64,000 bases of DNA from an uncultured cyanobacterium (lineage in GTDB: Bacteria > Cyanobacteriota > Cyanobacteriia > Phormidesmidales > Phormidesmidaceae), in the NCBI GenBank assembly GCA_963793265.1, contig CAWBZI010000006.1, forward strand, positions 256,001 through 320,000. The letters are read 5' to 3'. Shown piece after piece: positions 57,109 to 64,000 of the stretch (its first letter is position 1; every line of letters starts with the position of its first letter). A program made the translations under genes and the position numbers. The notes beneath the pieces were generated by a model that worked only from the letters and a program-made list of their open reading frames with translations, ran no database searches and was not told the origin of the DNA.

Positions 57109-57830
57109 CGAATCTTGTAGAGGTGAAACAGCTCGCCGCTCTGCTGCTTAACGATCTTTGCACCAACGGTTTTGATCAGCGCCTGCCATGCGCTCAAATC
57201 CTCTAAAAACACGTCTGCGCCCAGATACGTCTCCAAGATCGCCCAGTTCTCAGCCAGCTCTTGCTCAGGATCAATTACGTCGAAGACTAAAAAACCGCCC
57301 GGTTTTAGCAGTGGCTTCACCGCCTCCATCACAGCCTGCCAGTAGTCGAGTGAGTAATAGCAGCTAAAGCCGGTTGCGATCGCCATATCAAAACGCTGCG
57401 GCGGATAGTCGAGCAAATGAGCTGGGCCTTTCTTCACGCCTTTAAACAGCTTAGAGTCGAGCTGAGGCCCACGCTGATGCAGCGTTTTAACCGCAAAATC
57501 GCTAATATCCTGGCCGTGAAACAGCGCCTGCCAGCTTTTCCACTCATAGATCAAAAAGCTAAAGCCGCAGCCCAAATCTAAGCAGTGCTGATTTTTCTTC
57601 GGCTTGGCAATTTCCCAAAAAGGCGAGGCAATCCGTGAGTTCAGCGAGCCCGCTGCCCAATCGCGAAAAACAGGCATCGCCTCGACCTCTTCAGGCAGCT
57701 CGAATGATTTGCCCTCGTATTCTGCATCGAATCTTTGGGCCGTTGAAGCGATCGCACTTCCCCAGGCCGCAGACTTATCGTCATTAAGCACATCGCCTAG
57801 CAGAGACAATCCTTTTGGCGGTTTACTCAT
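57099..57830 (-). CDS. Class I SAM-dependent methyltransferase
   Basis: LDLGCG motif, LKPGG. Confidence 0.82.
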   Translation of the reverse strand: MSKPPKGLSLLGDVLNDDKSAAWGSAIASTAQRFDAEYEGKSFELPEEVEAMPVFRDWAAGSLNSRIASPFWEIAKPKKNQHCLDLGCGFSFLIYEWKSWQALFHGQDISDFAVKTLHQRGPQLDSKLFKGVKKGPAHLLDYPPQRFDMAIATGFSCYYSLDYWQAVMEAVKPLLKPGGFLVFDVIDPEQELAENWAILETYLGADVFLEDLSAWQALIKTVGAKIVKQQSGELFHLYKIRWP

Positions 57831-58012
57831 TTCGAGCCCTTAATAGCTTTTGAAAAGTTGCGGCGATAAGATTTGTTGCTGATTAAAAAGACAGGCCAAA
57901 GCAACGTCAAAGACAATCGACGTGAGCTGAAGTCAGTACGATTAAAGCCCGTCCAGAACTTCCAAACGCCGATGCCATAGGCAATCAAAAGAATCGGAAT
58001 CACAATTTCCAT
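57827..58012 (-). CDS. Small hypothetical membrane protein
   Basis: Y..G.WKFW.GF.RT.F, LLWP, YR.NF; GGAGG RBS; 4-bp overlap with the next gene. Confidence 0.75.
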   Translation of the reverse strand: MEIVIPILLIAYGIGVWKFWTGFNRTDFSSRRLSLTLLWPVFLISNKSYRRNFSKAIKGSK

Positions 58013-58192
58013 AAAACATTTCCTCCTTGGAATAGTTGAGTTAGGCCCACTTGGGGTCTAATTAAGGTCTACTGGGGCTCTACTGCTTTATACATCAATA
58101 TCGTTGGGGCTGAATACGGTCAAATACAGAGTTTGTAGCACTGCTATAAGATGTCAGAAAATCGCTTTTAATAAAACGCTCGGAGAGTAACG

Positions 58193-60736
58193 ATGCGCGC
58201 AGTTCTTATGGCAGGTGGCTCAGGCACCCGGCTCAGGCCCCTCACCTGCGATTTGCCCAAACCGATGGTGCCTGTGCTCAACCGCCCAATTGCCGAGCAC
58301 ATTATCAACCTGCTCAAACGCCATCACATCACCGAAATCATCGCCACTCTATTTTATCTGCCCGATGTCATGCGCGACTACTTTCAAGACGGCAGTGACT
58401 TTGGCGTGCAGATGACCTACGCGGTCGAAGAAGATCAGCCTTTGGGTACGGCTGGCTGCGTCAAAAACGTAAGTGATTTGCTTGACGAAACTTTCTTGGT
58501 GATTAGCGGCGATAGTATTACCGACTTTGATTTGCAAAAGGCGATCGCCTATCACAAACAAACCGGCTCAAAAGCAACCCTCGTCCTCACCCGCGTTCCT
58601 AACCCGATCGAATTCGGTGTGGTCATCACAGATTCCACTGGCCGAATCGTTCGCTTTCTCGAAAAGCCCTCAACCAGCGAAGTTTTCTCGGATACCGTTA
58701 ATACTGGCACCTACATTCTAGAGCCCGAAATCCTAGACTACTTACCCACTAATCGCGAGCAAGACTTTTCCAAAGATCTATTCCCTCGCCTACTCGAACG
58801 CGGCGAGCCCATATACGGCTATGTAGCCGAAGGCTACTGGTGCGATGTTGGCCACCTAGACGGCTATCGCGAAGCACACTACGACGCGCTTTACGGCAAA
58901 GTACAAATCGACTACGCCTACCCCGAAAAAACCACGGGCATCTATGTTGGCAACAACTCTTTTGTGCACCCAACCGCCAGCATTGCTGCACCTGCCATCA
59001 TCGGAGATAACTGTCGCATCGGGGCAAGAGCCGTGCTTGGCCCAGGCACGGTCATTGGCGATAACGTCACCATCGGCAGCGATGCCAATCTCAAAAGACC
59101 GATCGTCTGGAACGGCGCGGTCGTTGGCGAAGAAGCGCATCTGCGCGCCTGTGTGATTGCCAGAGGTACGCGCGTCGATCGGCGGGCACATGTGCTAGAA
59201 GGCGCAATTATTGGCCCCATGTCTACGGTAGGCGAAGAGGCAAAAATTAGCCCTGGTGTGAGAGTATGGCCCAGCAAAATTATTGAAGCGGGTGCCACAC
59301 TCAACATCAACCTGATTTGGGGGCAGACGGCGCAGCGTAACCTGTTCGGGCAGCGGGGCGTTTCTGGCCTGGCTAATGTAGATATTACGCCGGAGTTTGC
59401 CGTCAAGCTCGGTGCGGCCTATGGCTCTACCCTCAAGCCCAATACCTCGGTGGCGGTTTCACGCGATCAGCGCAGCATTTCGCGGATGGTTTCTAGATCA
59501 ATTATTGCCGGACTGATGTCGGTTGGTGTGAATGTGCAAAACCTGGAAGCCGTTTCAATTCCAGTTGCTAGAAATGTATTGCCGACACTGCATGTCGCAG
59601 GTGGTATTCATGTAAGACTGCATCCCAATCGCTGCGATTTCATTCTGATTGAGTTTTTTGACGAGAGCGGCATCGATATTGCTAAGGCCAAAGAAAAGAA
59701 AATAGAGGGCGCTTACTTTAAAGAAGACCTGCGCCGCGCTCAAGTTCACGAGATTGGCTCTGTTAGCTATCCCAGCGGCCTTGTTGATATCTATACCACT
59801 GCTTTTGAAAAAAATCTGAACGCAGAATCTATTCGTAACAGCAAGTCTAAGGTGGTAATCGACTACGCCTACGCCCTCTCAGGCGCGGTGCTGCCTCAGA
59901 TACTAGGCAAATTCGGCTGCGATGCGGTTGTACTCAATGCCAGTCTCAGCCACACGGCCCCTTCAACGGCTGAGCGAGAGTCGCTTTTGGGTCAGCTTGG
60001 CCAGGTCGTTCATGCATTGCAGGCAACCTTTGGCGTGCAGGTATCGGCCAATGGTGAGCAGCTTGTGCTGGTCGATGAAGTGGGAACGCCCATTCGCGGC
60101 GAAACGCTTACAGCGCTGATGGCGCACATGATTTTGACGGCCAATCCGCAGGGCACGGTGGTGGTGCCGGTGAATGCGTCGGGATCGATTGAGGCGATCG
60201 CCCGCCGTCACGGTGGCAAGGTCATCAGAACCAAAGCCAATCCCACCGCGCTCATGGAAGCGTGTACCCATCACAACAAAGCGCGTCAAAACGTCGTGCT
60301 CGGCGGCAGCGGTGATATGGGCTTTATTTTTCCGCAGCTTCACCCTGGCTTCGATGCGATGTTCTGTATCGCTAAGCTAATTGAGATGCTGCTAATTCAG
60401 GAGCGATCACTGGGCCAAATCTGGGAGGAACTGCCGCAGATTGCCCATCGCACCCAAACAATCCGCTGCCCCTGGACGATCAAAGGCGCGCTCATGCGTT
60501 ATCTTGTAGAAACCCATTCAGCCGAGCATTTAGAGCTGATAGACGGCGTAAAGGTGATCGATCCAGACCGGCAAAACATTCGAGAAAACTGGGTGCTGGT
60601 GCTACCCGATGCCAGTGAGCCGCTGGTTCATATTTATGCCAACAGCGCCGCTCGCGATTGGGTAGATCAGCAGCTCCATGACTATCGGCTGCGGGTACAA
60701 CATTTTATAGAGTCAGAGCAGGGAATTAAGGAATAA
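58193..60736 (+). CDS. Mannose-1-phosphate guanylyltransferase / phosphomannomutase-like fusion
   Basis: MAGGSGTRLRPLT..PKP, LGTAG, EKP, hexapeptide repeats, C-terminal PGM/PMM-like domain (DGVK). Confidence 0.9.
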   Translation: MRAVLMAGGSGTRLRPLTCDLPKPMVPVLNRPIAEHIINLLKRHHITEIIATLFYLPDVMRDYFQDGSDFGVQMTYAVEEDQPLGTAGCVKNVSDLLDETFLVISGDSITDFDLQKAIAYHKQTGSKATLVLTRVPNPIEFGVVITDSTGRIVRFLEKPSTSEVFSDTVNTGTYILEPEILDYLPTNREQDFSKDLFPRLLERGEPIYGYVAEGYWCDVGHLDGYREAHYDALYGKVQIDYAYPEKTTGIYVGNNSFVHPTASIAAPAIIGDNCRIGARAVLGPGTVIGDNVTIGSDANLKRPIVWNGAVVGEEAHLRACVIARGTRVDRRAHVLEGAIIGPMSTVGEEAKISPGVRVWPSKIIEAGATLNINLIWGQTAQRNLFGQRGVSGLANVDITPEFAVKLGAAYGSTLKPNTSVAVSRDQRSISRMVSRSIIAGLMSVGVNVQNLEAVSIPVARNVLPTLHVAGGIHVRLHPNRCDFILIEFFDESGIDIAKAKEKKIEGAYFKEDLRRAQVHEIGSVSYPSGLVDIYTTAFEKNLNAESIRNSKSKVVIDYAYALSGAVLPQILGKFGCDAVVLNASLSHTAPSTAERESLLGQLGQVVHALQATFGVQVSANGEQLVLVDEVGTPIRGETLTALMAHMILTANPQGTVVVPVNASGSIEAIARRHGGKVIRTKANPTALMEACTHHNKARQNVVLGGSGDMGFIFPQLHPGFDAMFCIAKLIEMLLIQERSLGQIWEELPQIAHRTQTIRCPWTIKGALMRYLVETHSAEHLELIDGVKVIDPDRQNIRENWVLVLPDASEPLVHIYANSAARDWVDQQLHDYRLRVQHFIESEQGIKE

Positions 60737-60742
60737 GAGCGT

Positions 60743-61222
60743 ATGAACAATTGCATCTTGATGGCAGAGATTGTAGAAGCGCCTCAGCTACGCTACACCG
60801 CTGATAATCAGACGCCAATTGCCGAGTTTGTAGTGAAGTTTCCAGGCTTGCGTGATGAGGATACGCCTGGGCAGATGAAGGTAGTCGGCTGGGGCAACCT
60901 GGCGCAAGAAATTCAGGAAAAGTATCGGATGGGCGATCGCGTTCTGCTCGAAGGGCGCTTGGGTATGAGCACCGTAGAGCGCCCTGAAGGCTTTAAAGAA
61001 AAGCGCGCCGAAATGACCGTTCAGCGCGTCAGCCCCATTGGCGACTTGCAGGCCATGACGATTGCCGAGCCAACGCCTGTTGCTGCCGGTAAGTTTGTTG
61101 GGACTACTGGGGCTACACCGGCTTCAGCCCCCTCAGCTGCCGCTGTACCTGCTGCCCCTGCAAAGACACCTGTCGCCGCGCCTGCGGCTGATGCGCCTGA
61201 CTACGACGACATTCCGTTTTAA
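60743..61222 (+). CDS. ssb: Single-stranded DNA-binding protein (cyanobacterial SSB homolog)
   Basis: P.LRYT, WG.LA, EGRL, acidic DDIPF tail. Confidence 0.85.
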   Translation: MNNCILMAEIVEAPQLRYTADNQTPIAEFVVKFPGLRDEDTPGQMKVVGWGNLAQEIQEKYRMGDRVLLEGRLGMSTVERPEGFKEKRAEMTVQRVSPIGDLQAMTIAEPTPVAAGKFVGTTGATPASAPSAAAVPAAPAKTPVAAPAADAPDYDDIPF

Positions 61223-61233
61223 TGTAATATCTC

Positions 61234-61251
61234 GCCCCTCTTCGGAGGGGC
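61234..61251. terminator. GC hairpin with cUUCGg tetraloop between convergent genes
   Basis: GCCCCTC-TTCG-GAGGGGC. Confidence 0.6.
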
Positions 61252-61273
61252 ACAAAATTCGAGCGCTTCGCCT

Positions 61274-61597
61274 CTACAGCGAAGTTTCAAACGCTTCACG
61301 ATTCTCAAATATCTGAAACACACGATCCATACTGGTGAGTTCAAAGAGCATTTTCACCTGCGGATTGATTGAGCACACCACCATCTCGCACTCTTGAGCG
61401 CGCACTTTTTTGAGCACCGACACCAGCGTGCCTAAGCCAGAGCTGTCTACAAAAGTCGTATCTTTAAGATCCATCAGCAGCGTTTTAGCGCCTGTATCTA
61501 GGGCGCTATCTACTTGCGTGCGAACTTCTTCAGCCTGGGTGCCATCTAAAACGCCAGAGGGTGCGAGCACCTGAACGGTCATATCTATACTTGCCAT
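61274..61597 (-). CDS. STAS-domain anti-sigma factor antagonist
   Basis: FVDSSGLG.L, LFELT.MD.VF. Confidence 0.9.
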   Translation of the reverse strand: MASIDMTVQVLAPSGVLDGTQAEEVRTQVDSALDTGAKTLLMDLKDTTFVDSSGLGTLVSVLKKVRAQECEMVVCSINPQVKMLFELTSMDRVFQIFENREAFETSL

Positions 61598-61730
61598 AAT
61601 TCACCTAAAGACTTTCTTTGACAATCGGCAAATAGTACCAGTTAGCAAACGGCTAGTCAGCGAACCAGTGAACAAACTACCGGTGGATATACGGATAGCT
61701 TTGCCTGCACTTTATAGAGTTCTGTGTGTA

Positions 61731-62849
61731 TTAGGTATGTTGCCCAAACGCAGGTGAGTAGATATCGCCTACCGTATGGTCTGACCTAATAGTAACGACC
61801 AAACTTGTTTGTGTCTGACAAGTTAATGGCGTAATAAACAGCTCAGGATGCAGCGCTTTCCAAAAATACACCACAAAATCGGCTATTTCCGGATCAGATA
61901 GCCCCGCTCGCCCGGTAGCCTTCATACTGCGCTCGGCTTCTTGACGCCACCTTTGCGATAGGCGATAGTCAACCGGGTTTAACACTATCAGGCTGTCTAA
62001 AAGCGACCATAAGGGAAGGTAGTCTTGCAACCGGCGGTTACTGTCAAGGGCAAACGCGCAATCGGCTGAGGTCAAAATAGGTGCAGGTAGAGCTGTAGGC
62101 TCCTTTGTGAAAAGGGTGTCTGCAACGGGCCGAGTGCCAACTAGCCAGCCTTCAAATAAGAGAATTGTGGGTGCAGGCATTGTGAAGGGAGGGATGCGAT
62201 CGCCCTGCCCACCATACAAAGACTTATCGAACTGCGGCACACTCACCTGCTCGCCTGCTGCCGCCTCTTTTATATCCCTCAGCGTCTTCATCCCCAGTTC
62301 AACATCGTGCGTGCCCGGTGGCCCCCGCCAAATCAGCCTGGGATCTTGCTGCTGAAGCACCTGCCGCTGAGCATAGGTCAAATACAAATCGTCTACTGAG
62401 AGCACAGCCATTCGGTGGCCCAGCGACTTCAGGATAAGCTGCAATATCTTGGTCAGCGTCGTTTTTCCTACGCCCTGCCCACCTAAAATGCCTTGAATAA
62501 AGGGCGCGCCGAGTGTTTTTTGCTGGCTGTCTAACTGCTGCGCCAGTGGCAACCAAAGCCGCCAAAGGGGTACGATCCAGTCGCTCCAATGCCCAGATAG
62601 TATCGTTGAGGCCGCCCCCTCACGCTCAAGCAGTTGAGCAGTTGACTGCAATAGCGATGCCCGCTGATTCAACTGCTCTACAATCATCGCCTGTGCGTTA
62701 TCAGCCGCCAGTTGAGCGGGTGCTATCGGCCAGCCGCCCTTCGCGTTAGCAATTTCCCAGGCAATAAGCTGCTGCTGCTGCGATTCAGAAGGTAGCTGGC
62801 CATCACCCCAAGCGATAACGATGGGCCAAATGTTTTGACTTGCACTCAT
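61731..62849 (-). CDS. Plant-type glycerate kinase (GLYK) family protein
   Basis: GGQGVGKTT, S.DDLY, RGPPGTHD, FDKS..GG.GDR, FEGW..G; likely start ATG 62849. Confidence 0.8.
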   Translation of the reverse strand: MSASQNIWPIVIAWGDGQLPSESQQQQLIAWEIANAKGGWPIAPAQLAADNAQAMIVEQLNQRASLLQSTAQLLEREGAASTILSGHWSDWIVPLWRLWLPLAQQLDSQQKTLGAPFIQGILGGQGVGKTTLTKILQLILKSLGHRMAVLSVDDLYLTYAQRQVLQQQDPRLIWRGPPGTHDVELGMKTLRDIKEAAAGEQVSVPQFDKSLYGGQGDRIPPFTMPAPTILLFEGWLVGTRPVADTLFTKEPTALPAPILTSADCAFALDSNRRLQDYLPLWSLLDSLIVLNPVDYRLSQRWRQEAERSMKATGRAGLSDPEIADFVVYFWKALHPELFITPLTCQTQTSLVVTIRSDHTVGDIYSPAFGQHT

Positions 62850-62856
62850 CTGTCGC

Positions 62857-64000
62857 TTATTTCCACTGAACAAAAACGCTCGCCGCTTCATCTTTGCGCG
62901 TAGCGGCTAGGGTATCGAAATGAGCCACTAAAGGACGTGCTACCTGCTCAAGCGCTTTAAGCGCTGGAAATGTTTGACTTAGCGTAGACGCGATCGCAGG
63001 CCAATCAGCGTAGAGATATCCGCTGTTAGGCTGAGGCAGTGAAGCGACGGACTGGGAAAACCGCTGAGCGCTTAACAGCGAGTCTTGTAGGGCAAGTAAG
63101 GCACTTTCCATCGCAGATAGAGAGCTTGCGAAAATTTCGTAGTTCTCTTGTTGTAGATGCAACCCTAGTATTTCTGTTTCTAAACTACTGGCAGGCGATC
63201 GCCTAGACGATCTGCCTGGGGCCGAAGCTTTGAAACGAGTCCAGGCGATCGCCTCATCCTCTCCAATCGCCACGGGCACCGCACTATAGCCCTTCGCTTT
63301 AGCAGCCTCATCCAGACCTTTAACGCCATCAGAGACTCTTGAAACAGCCAGAATCCAATCGTCGCTGCCAGCCTTGAGTTTGCCTAGCGCATAGTCTTTG
63401 CTAGCCCAATTCCACAGAGAAAGCGGTTCAAGCTGAAGAAAATTAGGGAGCAAAGTATCGGACAAACCGGCTTCAGACAGCGCAGGCGCTAGTCGGCTGA
63501 AGCCTTCGCTTGTCAGCGCCAGCGTACTATTGGCCGGTAAAAATTTCAGCGCAGCAGAAGGCCCATTGAAAAGCGAGCTTTCGTTTTTCCTATCGGTTTC
63601 GCGCGATCGCCCACCACCTGCCCACTGAACATCAGCCATTAATCCCCCCTGCTCAACCTGCAAACCAACCGCCGCAAAGGCATGAGATGAAGCCTCATCA
63701 CCTATCAGTGCAGTATCAACATAAGCCAAACCAATACGCTCATCAGGAAGCCGGTTAACGGCCCGACGATAGGCTCTGTTTTGAGCCAGGTTTGCAGCGG
63801 TCTGAGTTGTGCGAAGGCTGCGGCGTAAAACCCGCACGTCGTTTGCAAAAAGAATGAACTGATCGCCTACCAGCGCACTTGCAGAGGTAATCGCACGATT
63901 GTTTAGCGGCGCATTAGGCGAGCTATAGAGAATACGAACGCCGCTATCCTGCTCGCTTTGAGGTGCATTTCCTAGCAGGCTCTGACGCTGCCAAAAAAGC
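62857..64000 (-). CDS. DUF3352 family protein, 5' end outside the window
   Basis: Frame is open from 62857 to the window edge (LFWQ...ASALVGDQFILFAND.RVLR), LPQPN.GY.Y.DW. Confidence 0.7.
   Translation of the reverse strand, partial: LFWQRQSLLGNAPQSEQDSGVRILYSSPNAPLNNRAITSASALVGDQFILFANDVRVLRRSLRTTQTAANLAQNRAYRRAVNRLPDERIGLAYVDTALIGDEASSHAFAAVGLQVEQGGLMADVQWAGGGRSRETDRKNESSLFNGPSAALKFLPANSTLALTSEGFSRLAPALSEAGLSDTLLPNFLQLEPLSLWNWASKDYALGKLKAGSDDWILAVSRVSDGVKGLDEAAKAKGYSAVPVAIGEDEAIAWTRFKASAPGRSSRRSPASSLETEILGLHLQQENYEIFASSLSAMESALLALQDSLLSAQRFSQSVASLPQPNSGYLYADWPAIASTLSQTFPALKALEQVARPLVAHFDTLAATRKDEAASVFVQWK

Overview
Cyanobacterial chromosomal DNA: about 50% GC by eye, with very frequent HIP1 octamers (GCGATCGC) and the genes por, bicA, HCP/CTDH and petC3-like Rieske. 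Most of the window is ordinary housekeeping or accessory content: U32/RlhA, a PRK paralog, P450, LPOR, a bicA-mnh operon with NdhR boxes, clpB, argH, cobK, an M1P-guanylyltransferase/PMM fusion, ssb, GLYK and two type II TA pairs. The outstanding region is a divergent heme/redox cluster at about 29.7-39.4 kb. Leftward it encodes a large, non-housekeeping system II cytochrome c maturation pair (CcsB/CcsA) and a Tat-lipoprotein Rieske protein. Rightward, behind an NtcA-type promoter, it encodes a membrane-anchored tandem double globin (TyrB10/GlnE7 type, made of a 416-bp near-perfect duplication), a 5-heme cytochrome c with an atypical CX4CH motif, a 6-heme cytochrome c with HAO-family motif spacing, a Tll0287/DUF3365-like monoheme lipoprotein, a 4-His cytochrome-b-like membrane protein and a membrane-anchored thioredoxin. 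This looks like an uncharacterised, nitrogen-regulated multiheme electron-transfer or N-oxide-metabolising system in a phylum where multiheme cytochromes are considered rare. All family calls come from motif recognition by eye; no searches were run.
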